64,000 bases of DNA from Octopus vulgaris (lineage: Eukaryota): positions 23,560,001 to 23,624,000 of the forward strand of contig OX597828.1 in NCBI GenBank assembly GCA_951406725.2. Direction: 5' to 3'. Both the position numbers and the translations under genes were made by a program. Below, one piece after another: positions 12,464 to 27,658 of this stretch; position 1 is the first letter of the stretch; every line of letters begins with the position of its first letter. The notes beneath the pieces are model-generated. The model saw nothing but the letters and a program-made list of their open reading frames with translations, did not search any database and was not told the DNA's origin.

Positions 12464-12705
12464 TGGAAAAGAACACCTTTTATCAATTCAACAATGAAAT
12501 AATTAAATTATACCATATAGAAAAAAATTAGATATAAGATAAAAATATATACCAATGATTAAGTAATGTACAAAATAATACATAAAAGTATATATGTGTG
12601 TGTGTGTCATTGTGGCAGTGTCCCCCACCCCATTTACCGGTGTTGGTGTGTTTACGTCCCGTAACTTAGCAATTCGGCAAAAGGGATCGATAAAGAGAGG
12701 TACCT
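12165..12705 (+). mobile_element. SINE family B (tRNA-like head, internal expanding microsatellite)
   Basis: Head tgtgtggtaggaagcttgcttcccaaccacatg...gagttcagtcccactg, an internal (TA)n/(TATG)n, then the conserved 3' half ggtgtgtttacgtcccgtaacttagc. Confidence 0.75.
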
Positions 12706-12719
12706 GGTTAAAAAATTCC

Positions 12720-13130
12720 GTCTCTCTGTCTTTGTTTGTCTCCTGTGTGTTTAGCCCCTTGTGGGTAGTAAAGAAATAGGTATTTCGTCTGCCATTACGT
12801 TCTGAGTTCAAATTCCGCCGAGGTCGATTTTGCCTTTCCTCCTTTCGAGGTCGATAAATTAAGTACCAGTTACGCACTGGGGTCGATATAATCGACTTAA
12901 TCCGTTTGTCTGTCCTTGTTTGTCCTCTCTGTGTTTAGCCCCTTCTGGGTAGTAAAGAAATAGGTATTTCGTCTGCCGCTACGTTCTGAGTTAAAATTCC
13001 ACCGAGGTCGACTTTACCTTTCATCCTTTCGGGATCGATAAATTAAGTACCAGTTGTGTACTGAGGTCGATCTAATCGACTAGCCCCCCCTCCTCCCAAA
13101 TTTCGTCCCTTGTGCCTAGAGTAGTAAAGA
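12720..13130 (+). mobile_element. SINE family A, tandem partial units
   Basis: Repeated core and tail segments matching 99-500. Confidence 0.85.
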
Positions 13131-13424
13131 ATATTAATATTATGTTATTTTATTTAATATAAAGCCACATTTATTTTTAGAAACTCTTGCATCCCGAGGC
13201 GCAAGATATTTGATTAGTCTATTAGCGTGACTGTATATATCTCTGATGAAATTACATTAATGACTATATATTTATTTTGGATGAAAATGTTAGCTCAGAA
13301 CATTAAGATACAAATTAGAGGAAACTACTCTAGTGATTTGATATCAATGAAAATTATTTTGAGTGATAATACATAATAATAAGGATTAGACTGTCGTAAT
13401 AGATATAAGGCACGTAAACATCGG

Positions 13425-13690
<266 letters not shown>

Positions 13691-14094
13691 CTGTGTGTCT
13701 GTGTGTATGTGTGAGTACGCATATGCATACATATACACATAATATGTGTGCGCAAACATATTTATCATACTCTAACATATGTGTATATGTAAATATATGT
13801 GTATATCAATAGATATGCATGTAAACACATGTCTATATATTTAGTGATGCTCGTATTTGTATATGCGTGTGCGTATGGAAACGTATATTTCATATGTAAA
13901 TACCGGTTGGTATAATAATATATAGTGTATGTATGTGTATGCGTGTGTGTATTTACATACAGGAGACCAAAAGCGTACGTACTCCGATATATGTATATAT
14001 AATAAAGAATATATATAAATAAATACACACACTCATACACACACATACACACACACATATATATATATATATAAATACGTGTATATAAGTAAGA

Positions 14095-14138
<44 letters not shown>

Positions 14139-14841
14139 TGTATATATACATATATGCTGTATGTATATATATATAAATATATTATTGTGTGTATGTATGT
14201 ATATATGTATATATATATATGTGTGTACATATATATATATATATATATGTTTTGTGTGTGTGTGTGTGCATCTGTCGATTTATGAATCTGAATCTCTAGA
14301 AGCAGACACTCACACTCACGCACATAAACGCATATATACATACATACATACATACATATACATACATACATACATACATACATACATGCATACATACATA
14401 CATACCCACCTTCATTCAAAGAGTGACATACACTCACAACTATAGGCAGAGAAAGACAAATACCGAGAGAAAGAATCAAATACGGAGAGAGCGCAAACGA
14501 AAGATAGAGAGAGAGAGAGGGAGAGAGAGAGAAAGAAAGAGAGAGAGAGAGAGAGAGTCTGTGTGTGTGTGTATGAGAGTGAGATAGACAGAGAGAGAGA
14601 GAGACTGTAAGCAAGATCAGCAAAGCGGAAAGAGATAAAATTAGAGATGGACGCTAAGTGTTTTCAGCTGAGCCCCGTTGGGAGAAGGTACAGTATTTTA
14701 AACTACCAAAAGTAAAAAGCCAGGAGATCATTTGCAGACTTATACGATGTCTAAATGTATCGAACGTATGGTAATTTTGGTAATTGAGGGTGAATTCCCA
14801 TTACAAAGAACTATGCCTCACTTATGCTTCTGTTATAGTAC

Positions 14842-14890
<49 letters not shown>

Positions 14891-15018
14891 CACTTACACA
14901 TATCTACATACACACACACACAAACGCACATATGTATATATACTTATCAGTTTCTACATGCGTATATTTATCATCACTTACAGGTGTATATATTTAGGTT
15001 TATGCTGGTGTGTGTGTA

Positions 15019-15085
<67 letters not shown>

Positions 15086-15204
15086 TTATACATATATATA
15101 CATATATCAGTTTATCTATGTCTATCACTCTATCTCTCTCTGTATCTCTTTATCTATATACCTATCTATCTATCTATCTACCTATCTATCTATCTATCTA
15201 TTTA

Positions 15205-15265
<61 letters not shown>

Positions 15266-16832
15266 GCACACATATATATATATCTATTCGCCCACACACG
15301 AAGTGTTTCTATTTCGAATTACTCAGAATCCACTCTGTCAGCAGCAGATTTTCGTTACACACATCTAAAAGTGTGTTGATCTCTGTGTCTGCTTTCATTT
15401 ACGTACGAATACAAACCCGGAGAAAAGTGCTTCTACCAATCGGTCCTACAGTTATGTACTGTCTGAAATAATCTAACGAATAAGTATATGGGAAATGAAT
15501 AAATAATCTGTTAAAAATAAAGCTCCTAATGAAAATGAAAGACAACATTAGCGTTAAATATAATTCTTTTGAAGCTGGACACACGGGACAGCTTCGAATT
15601 TCGAAATAGGTTAAAAATGAAATTGGGTCACGCATTGAGGGAGTTAACTCTGATACTTAGTAATTAATGTGTGACAACTTAGGACAAGATTCAGTTTTAT
15701 CATATTTCGTTAACAAATCGTTGGGATAGATAAACAAACCGTACATTAGAATGACCGAGAGACTATGTTGAAATACTCTTTTGCGTTAATACTACTAAAT
15801 GTATTGCAAACTCTTTGGGAATTTTCTTTTAAATATAACAGACATAGAGCAGATCAATATTTTATGTCTGGTTATACGCTTAGGGCTGCTTGTATTTATA
15901 CTTTATTCCTGAGGTTGATCCTGGCTTATTACACCTCACCTGCCAATCATTGTCTCATATAATAAACCCATTCGTTCGAATGACTGTAACACTTACAGAA
16001 ATATTGCGTTTTGCTTTACTTGTGGATATTTTGCAAGCTGTTTGGTAAATTTATTTACATATAAACGGGCATAGAACAGACTGGTAATATTAATACCCTG
16101 ATTAAAACCTACACAGATCGCTTCAAATGCAAGAAATAAAAGCTTGCAATTTTTACTCCCATTTTCCGTGAAAATATTTCGAGACAGTCTGAAAAAGCAC
16201 GTAGATAAACTGAACAATGGAGTCCTTGATCGTCTGCTCGTGTGCCAAAAGAAGGAAGGTAGTATGGTTAAGCCAAGAAGAGTTCATACGACCAGTGGCC
16301 TGTTGCAGAAGGTTGTTTTATTCGCTAAGCAACGACAGATAAAACATGAAACCTTTGTGCATTTCGAGCTCCTGGCTTTTTTTTTAGCAATGTACGAAGT
16401 TACTAAAAGAAAGTGTAGGTGTGCGAACATGTGTGTGTGTGTGTATGCCCACGTGCGAGCATGTGTGAATATACATATTAACATACATACACATGTATAT
16501 ATACAAGCATATAAATATCATATGTACGAATATGTATATGGTCACACACTATACACACACACACTCACACTCGCACAGATACCACACACACACACACACA
16601 CACGTATATGCCTGTATATGTATATGTATGTGCGCGCGCTGCGTGTATGTGTGTTTGTCTGTGTATGTGTGTGCGTGCGTGTGTGTGTGTGAAGGCGCCT
16701 GGGCCAAATTGATAGCATGGTGCACTCACGATAGTAAGATAGCGGGTTCCATTCCCTGAACGGGCGGCGCATTGTGTTCTTGAGCAAAACACTTCGTTTC
16801 AAATATAAATAAACTGAAAGTATACATACATA

Positions 16833-17090
16833 TGTGGAGGCGCGTGGCTTAGTGGTTAGGGTGTCAGCACCATGATCTCATAAGATTGTGGTTTCGATTC
16901 CTGGACCGGACGACGCGTTGTACTCTTGAGCAAAACACTTCATTCCACGCTGCTCCAGTCCACTCAGCTGGCAAAAATAAGTAACGCTGCGATGGACTGG
17001 CGTCCCGTCCAGCTGGGGAACACGTACGCCATAGGAACCGGGAAACCGGGCCCTTGAGCCTGGCTAGGCTTCAAAAGGGCGTATTTATTT
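16833..17090 (+). mobile_element. tRNA-derived SINE (head 2, tail 1 with V-domain-like gcgatggactggcgtcccgtccag)
   Basis: A-box tggcttagtgg and B-box-like gtttcgattcc; tail shared with 33630-33890 and 45232-45536. Confidence 0.85.
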
Positions 17091-18752
17091 TATTATTATA
17101 CATAAACCTTATTTTCTGCCTTACTCTTAATTTCGCTTCATGAGGAAAAATAAAAGACTTAATTTTGACCTTTATTAATCGTTTATATTTTGAATTACCT
17201 ATATTTGGGGTGGCCAAAATGTTGTCAGTACTTAAGGCTTATGTGGAGTTTTCATCCGGCCCTGGTGAGGAGTTCATCAGCCTCATCGAGAGGCGTATGA
17301 ACCGAGCTACATCCGGGTAAGAATCGTCAATGCCGGTGTAGTATGTGATTTACATACTATTGGGATTTACAGCAACTTACATCTAGACTAGTTTGTGATT
17401 AAAAACAAAACGGTCTTCCCCTCTTATTTTTCTTCGTTTTTCCGCAATTTCTCCTCCACATTTGCTGCATGGATCAATATCCCCATGTTCAACAAGGAAT
17501 TCATAGCGTCGGAGAAATTCGATTGTAGCTTATTCATCTCAAATAACCTGTGTGTAGCATTCTTTTGCTCTCATCACGACTTCTTTCAAGGGGCTCATGA
17601 CTAAAAGTGTTTAAATCATAATTTTTGTTTGTTTGTTTATATTACTAAACCAACCGAAAGTCGAGTAAATAGATGAATGCAGATCAAAAGGTCGGTGTAG
17701 ATCACAAACTATAGCATTTGAACTAATGTAAATCACAAGCTATACCAGAAACATATATGTAGATCACATACTAAACCGCGTCCAAGTGGTCATTATATTA
17801 CATATAGAAGAAATCTAGGGGAGCAAAGCTGGGAGGCAAAGTCGACCTCGGAAGGATTCGAACTCAGACAGTAAAGATGGAATTAATGCCGCTAAGCATT
17901 TTGTCCGGCGTGCTAACGCTTCTGCCAGCTCACCTCCTTAAGGTGGATAAATACTAAAAACTGTTTACTATCTGTCCTAAACCATATACACCAGAGTTTG
18001 ATAGTTTCCAGAAATCACTGAGGATAACACATACATACACATACTCACATATACACATACACACACAAACACATACATATGTATATAACTATAAATATAA
18101 ATATATATATAGGTATGTATGTATACATATATGTGTGTATGGTTGTATATATATTTATCTATGCGCGCGTGTATATGTTGCATATGATTAAGTATCATTG
18201 TTACTGTTAAATGTATCCTGCTATTTTCTACAATATATATCAACGGATACACTTTTTTTCATTCTATTATTGAATTAGAAATAAAGAGTCTAATACACGA
18301 AACAAAAAAGCCAGCCCAGACGCATGTATATAGGAGTGTGTATACACGTATATGTATACAGTTATATCCTTTCAGCATGACTTAGTGTGTGGGTTCATAT
18401 ATATTTTTATGTATAAAATTATACACATGCCTTTATCATCTGTACATATTCACACACAGATATTTAAGTATGTTTATGTGTATGTGAGATTATATTGAGG
18501 AAGTGAATGAGAATTAGATAGGAAAATAGCTAGATAGATACATAGATACACATGCATACACACACATACTGACACACACTTACACAAAAACGCACATACA
18601 TAGATAAATAGACACATTGATAGCTATATATATATATATATATATATACGTATACATATATATATATATACATATATATACATACACACACACACACACA
18701 CACACTCATATATATATATATATATAGGTAGATAGATAGATAGATAGATAGT

Positions 18753-18851
<99 letters not shown>

Positions 18852-19178
18852 GCTGAATAATTGGCGAGATAGATAAAGTTATATTTGTAACTCACAACAT
18901 ATATGTATATATATGTATATATATGTATATATATATACATAGAAGTGATGAAAGCATTTGTTAATATATCCTTGCCTGTATGTGTTGAAGTGTATAAGTA
19001 CCTAGATTGGTATGTAGGTTATTGTTCACACAAACCACACAGACGCACACGCGCACACACACGAGCGCGCGCATACATTCATACAGAAATGATATACACA
19101 CGTACGCTGATATCTACAGACTCGGAAACACGCACAATCATACGTGTCTGAACACACACACGTATGTGTATATATATA

Positions 19179-19220
<42 letters not shown>

Positions 19221-19328
19221 GTGACTGAGAGGAAGTGTGGAAAGAGGGTAAGATGTCTACCTTACATATATATTTCCGGTTAACACGCACATTCGCGTAC
19301 ATATTTGAGTTTGATTTATGTATATATA

Positions 19329-19419
<91 letters not shown>

Positions 19420-19449
19420 TTGTGTGTATGTGTGTGTGTGTGTACATAC

Positions 19450-19483
<34 letters not shown>

Positions 19484-20073
19484 GTATCCTTCTGTGAATG
19501 TGTTGTGTCGACATCCTGTTAAACTAGAATTTCAATAGGTATTTATTTATTTATATATGTAATCATTTGTATCATATTAGTTCATTCTATGAGGAATACT
19601 CAGTACAAACAAAATGAAGCATATATTAAACCGTTTTGTTTTCGCTGTATCAAATAATATATTTTTTTTAATGTATTCTGTACTTTATAGCTTGTCTTTT
19701 TTTACTCCAAATTTTCCAAACATAAGATCTTTATTAGATATTTATGACAGTCGTCACTAGTTTATTACAAATTATACAAACAATTCTCAAAGATATATAC
19801 GACTGAAAATGTGTTTTCTTTTGCTAAAGATCAGATTATATTTGTCTCTCGACGCTTTTACCTGCTTCTTCTAATTCGCACGTCGACGCGTAAAGTTATT
19901 TATGTATATATTAAAGAGGCGAAAAAAAACAAACAAACAAACAAAATCATTAACACGCCGGACAATATCATTAGTGGCATTTCTTCCGGCTCTTTACATT
20001 GTGAATTACTAATCATGCTCAGGTTAACTTATATCGATGCCTTTCATCTCTTCAGCATCGATATAATAAAGTA

Positions 20074-20400
20074 GGTGAAGGAGCGTGGCTTAGTGGTTAT
20101 GACAATCGACTCACGATTGTAAGGTCGTGAGTTCGATTCGCGGCGACGTGCTGTGTCCTTAAGCAAGACACTTTATTTCACGTTGCTCCAATCCACTCAG
20201 CTGGCAAAACCAACTTGTACATATATTTCAAAGGGCCAGCTTTCTTACGCTCTGTGTCACGCTGAATCTCCCTGAGAACTACGGTAGGGGTACACGTGTC
20301 TGTGGATTGCTCAGCCACTTTCTCATAAATTTCACGAACAGGCTCTTCCGTTGATAGTATCAGCTGGGACCCTCATCGTCGTAATCGACGGAGTGCTCCA
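20074..20400 (+). mobile_element. tRNA-derived SINE (head 2, tail 2)
   Basis: A/B boxes; head shared with 16833-16980 and tail shared with 36220-36405. Confidence 0.85.
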
Positions 20401-20704
20401 TTTTTTAATAAAGTACCATTAAATTCAAATACAGGGGTCGAAAATATCGACTTGACGCTTCCCATACAAAAACGGTGGCTTCGAACCCTACAACGGACCA
20501 GCTGTTCGTTCTGGATGACTTGTTTTGTGGTAAAGTTCTAACGAAAACTTACGAGCTGTAGGGCTCCCGAGAAATTATAAAAACATGGATATATTATTCA
20601 TTTCGAATTGTGGCCCTGGGCGAAGTTTGATTTAGACAATGATCAATGTTCACCTCAATTTAATACGCGTATAACCCTGTGTAATTAAAGGTATCTTGAC
20701 CAGA

Positions 20705-20975
20705 TCACCGCATTTGGTCGAGCAAATCGACCCCAGAACCTATTCTTTGTAAGCCGAGTACTTATTCTATCGGTCTCTTTCGCCGAACCGCTAAGTTATG
20801 GGGATGTAAACACACCAGCATCGGTTGTCAAGCGTTGTTTGGGGGACACAAAGACACAAGCACAAACACACACACACACGCACACACACACACATACACA
20901 CACACACACATATATATGTATATATATACATACATATATATATATACATATATATATACATATATATATATACAT

Positions 20976-21025
<50 letters not shown>

Positions 21026-21165
21026 GACAGGCTTCTTTCAGTTTCCGACTATCAAATCCACTCACAAGACTTTGGTCGGCCCGAGGCTATAGTAGAAGAC
21101 ACTTGTCCAAGTAGCGGGACTGAACCGGGAACCATGTGTTTAGTAAGCAAGCTACTTACCACAAA
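20705..21165 (-). mobile_element. SINE family B
   Basis: Near-complete copy with internal (CA)n/(TA)n; matches 28515-29020. Confidence 0.85.
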
Positions 21166-21166
21166 G

Positions 21167-21215
<49 letters not shown>

Positions 21216-21839
21216 TCTTTTATTTGTTTCACTCATAAGATTGTAGCCATGCTGGGGCACCGGCTTTAAGCAGTATCTTTTGTCGAATGACTCGAGCCCA
21301 TTGCGTTATATTTTAAGCCTAGTACTTATTCTATTGATCTCTTTTGCCGAGCCGCTATGTTACGGTGACATAAATACACCAACACCGTTTGTCTAGCGGT
21401 GATGGGGGACAAACATACACACACACACACACACAGAGAAATATCTTTTCTACACCAAGATATGTAGAAAGAAACATTTTGTCGGTGGTTAGTGATAACA
21501 TTACAACACCATCCATCGCATCTCATTCAATCAAGTCTCACTGGTCACATTTGCTATATAGTAAACCCAACTCCTCACATCAGTGATTTCAGTGAAAAAG
21601 TTGGTCTATAAGCAATAAATATCTGGTTTCGGTTTCCTGACTCGGTCAGTTTTATATCTCACATTGGTTTTTATAGTGTTTAATATGAACTCCGATTATC
21701 TACCATATTTCCGATCTCCGTCGGAATATCTGAAAGATGTTCAGACTAGTCGGGAATACTTGCTAATTCCTAACAGCTGCCGCAGTCTATAGCACAAAAT
21801 TGTTATATCGTCGTATGGAATCAGGAAAGTGCTTGTATG

Positions 21840-22285
21840 AAGGCGGCGAGCTGGCAGAAACGTTAGCACGCCGGGTAAAATGCTTAGAGGATTTCGTCTA
21901 CCGTTACGTTCTGAGTTCAAATTGAGGTCGATTTCGCCTTTCATCCTTTCGGGGTCGATAAATTAATTACCAGTTACGCACTGGGGTCAATGTAATCAAC
22001 TTAATCCGTTTGTCTGTCCTTGTCTTCCCCTCTATGTTTAGCCCCTTCTGGGCAATAAAGAAATAAGAAAAGTTAGCACGCCGGGCGGAATGTTTAGCTG
22101 CATTTCGTCTACCGTTACGTTCTGAGTTCAAATTCCGCCGAGGTTGACTTTGCCTTTTATCCTTTCGGGGTCGATTAAATAAGTATCAGTTATGTACTGG
22201 GGTCGATGTAATCGACTTAATCCCTTTGTCTGTCCGTGTTTGTCCCCTCTTTGTTTAGCCCCATGTGGGCAATTAAAAGATAAAT
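21840..22285 (+). mobile_element. SINE family A, dimeric
   Basis: Two consecutive units matching 99-500. Confidence 0.85.
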
Positions 22286-22979
22286 ATACAACGTAGGAGC
22301 AATTGTATCCGGTTTCAATAAATTGAAGTAAAATGAATTGGTACTCTGTCGGTTTTGGTGATGAGCGTTTAGTTTTAATCGACTGAAATTCACGGAAGTT
22401 ACCCGCAATACAATAGTTGTAAGATTTCGAAAGAAGTTAGACGTGGTAAAAGAATAACATGATATATAGCAAACGAGGTATGTTGCACTCTATCTAACAA
22501 ACAATTTGTATATCTTTACTGACCAAAAGAGAACATACTGTCAGTGTTAATATCACTTTAATTCAACATCGAATCTAGACGAAAATATTAATTTTACGAA
22601 CTAACGATTCAACAGACAAGACGAATTCTTGTCACAGAGGTTGACCTTCTTTACCATTCTTTCCATTTACTTATCCCTCAAGCAACCAACTTATTTTTCT
22701 CTCAAACGACTTAATTCACCTTTATCTAAATACGCACACAATGAAGTTGTAATGCTTACTTTTGCAGGAATCTAGAGGATTCTATACTGGAATTGATTTT
22801 TGTAACTTCGGGCGAATTCTTTCATAAGTAATGTTGATAGATGACAATAGGAAACTACTCGGTTGTATTGTTGTCTCCAAGACATGCTAAAAGCAAGGAA
22901 CAAGCATAACCATCGGTCCTCAGTCTTTTTCTGTGATACGTTTTTTTCCTCATCGCTTATAAAGCGGCAATAAAGTTCA

Positions 22980-23040
22980 AACAGCTACCATCACCAGTAC
23001 CACCACAACCACAACAACAGCAACAAGATCAACGAGAGCA

Positions 23041-23075
<35 letters not shown>

Positions 23076-23134
23076 TACCACCACCACCACCACCACCACC
23101 AACACTACTACTACTACTGGTGCTGCTGCTGCTG

Positions 23135-23171
<37 letters not shown>

Positions 23172-23340
23172 AACTACTACTACTATTACTACTACCACTA
23201 CTACTACTACCATCATTGTCACCTCCACCTCTACCACTTCTACTAGAACGACAAAAACGACTACAACAGCAACAACATCAACAAAAACAACTACTGCTAC
23301 TGCTGCCACTGCTGCTGCTTCGGAAGCAGCAGTAGCACTA
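22980..23340. repeat. Compound (ACT)/(ACC)/(GCT) trinucleotide repeat
   Basis: Directly visible; explains the poly-Val and poly-Leu ORFs. Confidence 0.9.
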
Positions 23341-24618
23341 ACATTTATTGAAGTATAGAGACATATGAAAACCAGTTTTTCTTCGATGCTATTTTGCTGT
23401 TTTGCGTTCGAGTACCGCCATATTTCTTGAGGGGAGAATAACGGTAACCTTCATTCCCATCTGTTGCTGATTCACATTTAGAAGGGCAAAAAACAATCCG
23501 AAGTGTTGCTTTGGCGTGTGATTCACAAGGGAGATTACTTTAGGTTACATCTTAAGGATATTGTTATTTATATCAGCGTAATAGAAAAAAGTAATCTCCC
23601 TTGTAACACCCAATCCAAAATCTCTCGTAGATTTAAATGATACTTTGATAAATTCTCTGTTGAAGTTTTTAGGACAATTTGTATTTTAATCAAGGTGATT
23701 CTATATTGAGAGAAAATTGTGATTGTTGTAGACGACATTCAAAAAGCAGGTTCTGTAGACAAGAAGGCAACACGGATTCAGTGTTGGAGAAGGTGAGTGT
23801 AGAAGAAAGTTGGTGACAAGATGAAGAGGGGAAGATTAGTATATTTTGTCTACGCTATCAGGGCTCAGCATCTCTATACACATTATCGAAAATGGGAGCA
23901 CGGGAAATTGGTACATTGGTGATATGGAAGAAACTGAAGTGACGGCCCCAAGAATTGAGCGTGAAGTTTTCCGCTCGGAGTGTAAGCTGTGTCTTAGGTC
24001 CTTGACCCTCACATATGAGGACTGGTATAATTATTTATTCAAATACACAGCACACAGACACACACAGATGCATACACACATGCAAACATACACATACACA
24101 CACATTCATAGATGCATATAGAATTATACATGTATGTGATGTGTGTATGTGTTTGTGTGTGTGTGTGTGTGGTCGCTTTGGTTTGAGTACATCTAAAATG
24201 AAATGATAAAAAGAGAGATCTACTTAACATGTTGCTGTTTGATTCTGTTCCAAGCGATATCTATTAACGTCTAATAAGATATAATATATAATATTTAGTC
24301 ACCCTTTCCTCAGTCGAAAGTAAAGCAAAGCAAATATGGCTCTTTAACGATTAGTCATTTTCTGAAGCAGAATTCTGATTGTTATTTTCAAATTATTGTA
24401 TTGATGTATATAATATATTGGCTTACATAGATTCTGTGATGCAATTTCTAACCAAGCATTTCTCAACATTTAACATTAATCATGTTCCTTTAATCCTAAT
24501 ACTTCTAACAATTCCTACAGCTGTTAAGCATGCTGATTTTACTAACCCTAACTAAAACTCTGTTTCTTTCTTTCTTCTTTCTCTTCTGCCCTTGCATGGC
24601 CAAATCCACTAACTTCAG

Positions 24619-24699
24619 GCGAACCGGGACAGAAAGGAGAAAAAGGTAAAGAGGGCAACCGCGGATTAATTGGTTTCCCAGGTTTCAAAGGAGAACAAG
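24619..24699 (+). CDS. Internal exon of a collagen-domain protein, (G)EPGQKGEKGKEGNRGLIGFPGFKGEQ(G)
   Basis: Nine perfect Gly-X-Y triplets in 81 nt. Upstream ctaac branch-like motifs and a pyrimidine tract, acceptor ttcAG at 24617-24618, donor GTagtt at 24700. Both ends split a Gly codon (phase 1). Too short for the ORF track. Confidence 0.9.
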
Positions 24700-24819
24700 G
24701 TAGTTAATAAACCCAGTTGTGTTGTGTATGCTCGAGCTGTTGTCAACAATTTTATATATATATATATTTAGTTATTTGTTTATTTTACTATTCATTTGAT
24801 TATTAATTTATCATTTTTT

Positions 24820-25230
24820 TTTCACTTGTGTTAGTCACTAGACTGCGGCAAGCCAGGGGTAAAGCCTTAAAGAATCTTAGTTGGAAGAATTGACCCCGGT
24901 ACTTATTTTTTGTTTAAAGGATGATACTAATTCTATTGTTCACTTTTGCCGAACCGCTATGTTAAGAGGACATAAACATAGCAACAACGGTTGTCAAGCT
25001 GTGGTTAGGAAGGGCGGAAACATAGACACAAACATACACATACTGACACACACATACGCATACACACACATACACACGTATGTATATATACGACGTGTTT
25101 CTTTAAGTTTCCGTCAATCAAATCGACTCAAAATGCTTCGGTCGGCCGAGGGCTATATTTCAAGACATGTCCAAGGTGCCGCGCAGGGGGACGGAACTCG
25201 GAAACATGTGGTCAGGAATCAACCAGCAAT
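24820..25230 (-). mobile_element. SINE family B, degenerate
   Basis: Similarity to 28515-29020. Confidence 0.7.
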
Positions 25231-25437
25231 GCGTCTATTATTTTGTGGGATCTTGTCGAGAATGGTAAATTTTCTTTTATACATTCAAAAGACTTTTTGC
25301 TTGCATCGACCAAGTCAAGATACGAAATAACGTACAAGGATAGAAAACAAACATTTTTTTTACAATCGATTAGATTTGCCGCGAGGACATATAAGATTAC
25401 ACAACTGATTTTAATGTGAGTGTAAGCTGGGAATATA

Positions 25438-25650
25438 TAAGGGGTGATGAAAAGTTCCTAACTTTAGGTAAAAGAAAATACAGGAGGATCAGTTAATTAT
25501 GATTAATTTCAACATATTCTCCTCTCAGATTCACACACTTATTACAGCGGTTCTTCAGTTTTCTTAAACTCTGTAGAAGAACGTGGAAGGTCGGGCCTCC
25601 AGCCAGGCGTTTTACGATATCCTTAGAGCCGGGAAATTTTCAGTACCTCC
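25438..25650. mobile_element. Mariner-type MITE (~210 bp)
   Basis: Imperfect TIRs aggggtgatgaaaagttcctaacttta and tagagccgggaaattttcagtacctcc, no coding capacity. Confidence 0.6.
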
Positions 25651-25824
25651 CCCACCCCGGATATACAGCTGATCTGTGGATCGAAGTGTTCACAGTTCGT
25701 ATTTTATAGACAGCCAATCACTGCTTTGGGTGTGCATAATGTTTGTTTCCCTGGCATGACTAGCTGTATACGAGAGCTACATGTCATTAGATAGCGCTGC
25801 TTAGTATTTAATATATGCTTAACC

Positions 25825-26029
25825 TTTTACTTGTTTCAGTCATTAGACTGCGGCCATGCTGGGGCACTCTCGGAAAGAAGTTTTAGTTGACTGGATCGAC
25901 ACCAGAACTTATTCTATCGGCCATTGTCAGCCGAATCGTTAAGTGCACCAACCCCGGTTGTCAAGCGTGGGGGGGGGGGGGCAGACACAGATACAAAGAC
26001 ACACAAGCACACATACATACATACATACA

Positions 26030-26096
<67 letters not shown>

Positions 26097-26330
26097 GGCG
26101 TATATATATCAATATATATATATATGTGTGTATGTGTGTGGGTGTGGGTGCGGGGAGGGGTGTATACGACGGGCGTCCGTCAGTTTCCGTTTACCAAGTC
26201 CATTCGCAATGTTTTGGTCGACCAATGCTATAGTAGAAGATACATGCCCATGGTGTCAGACGGTGAGACTGATCCCGGAACCGTACGGTTGGGGAAACCA
26301 ACTTCTTACCACACAACCATGCCTGCGCCT
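25825..26330 (-). mobile_element. SINE family B
   Basis: Similarity to 28515-29020, with internal microsatellite. Confidence 0.75.
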
Positions 26331-26742
26331 GCTCATAACCATTGCGCCAAGTACCGAAACACAACATTTATTTTATAGCTTTCGTGAACTCGCAACGTTA
26401 AGACGAGATTTTCAGAGTTATTTTCTTATTTCGACACAACAGTTTGTTTTTTTTTCTCAGGAAAATAACACTTTATGTTGTTTTTGGTTTTTATTTTATA
26501 TATCATGTTATTTATTCATTTATTTGTGAATTGTAGCTTTGGTAGAAAATAATTAAATGGCGTATATAAAAGAAATTGCTTCGAAGAACGTATCGCCGTT
26601 TGCATGGGTTCGATTTGTTTAAAATTTGTTTGTTGTGTGTTTCGATGTGCGTACACGTTTAGATTATTAGTCAGGTAGCTAGTTGCTTCTTTATACCTCT
26701 ATATGTACAATACATGCATATATACACACACACATATAGATG

Positions 26743-26794
<52 letters not shown>

Positions 26795-26815
26795 TATGTA
26801 TTTATATATGTATAC

Positions 26816-26875
<60 letters not shown>

Positions 26876-27199
26876 ACATATATACCTCCATCCATACATG
26901 CATAAACTTATATATATATATATGAACGTACATGCCATTTTACTGCATGCTAATATTGTTGCATGGAGCATGCAAAATTTTATCGGATTTGGATTGTGTT
27001 TGAAAATTGAATTTACCACAATTCATTTAAATTATTAAAAACAGAAAAAAAAAATGTGTAGAAAATTTTGTTTTTTCCAAAAATGAAATTGTTGCAGTTA
27101 TCATATATTTTGAAAGATAAACAGATGTACAAATATATTTATATAGATACGGAAATGTATTATGTGCAAACTTTCTACTCACATACACTCATATATGTA

Positions 27200-27375
27200 C
27201 GGATCAAAATTGTACAAGAGACAGAGATAGGTGGGTGTACAACAATCTAGTTGTATTAGTTTGACGCTCAGGAAAAATATGAGTCTTTGTCGTTTCGAAC
27301 CTACGTTCTCGTACAGAGGGGAATGAAGGGAGAAAACGAATGGAGACTGGAAAATAACGGGAAAAAAGTACCGTG
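27200..27375 (-). mobile_element. 3'-end fragment of a PLE related to 50766-53033
   Basis: Reverse complement aligns with 52895-53030 (gaaacg..aaagact...tttcctgagcg.ca.actaataca). Confidence 0.7.
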
Positions 27376-27624
27376 TCTCACTTCCAATTGCACATGTTGA
27401 GTGTATAAATATATATATATCTTCAATGATTTTACTAAGGTTTGGAGTAAATTTTAAGATCCGCAAAGATCCACAAAGAGAAGAACTTATCTAAAGCTCT
27501 TCGTACTCCAAATCGGAGGTGCAATCTATGTGGGTGTCTTTTCAGAACATTGTCTGGGTTAAAAAGCCACATTAAATGCCATGATGGTTTTAAGGTGTAG
27601 GTACAGGAGGTGGTCAAACTCTGC

Positions 27625-27658
<34 letters not shown>

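Noticed and set aside
17238-17600. Possible exon (AYVEFSSGPGEEF...gtaag) or minus-strand CxxC transposase remnant
   Set aside because: No convincing acceptor, stops interrupt the minus frame, and there is no recognisable family motif beyond CxxC.
23525-23604. 17-bp inverted repeat acaagggagattacttt
   Set aside because: Real but short; no TSD or second copy here to assign it to an element.
23759-23792. Possible small exon ending in a strong gtgagt donor
   Set aside because: 34 nt, no Gly-X-Y pattern, weak pyrimidine tract, and it would shift the collagen frame.
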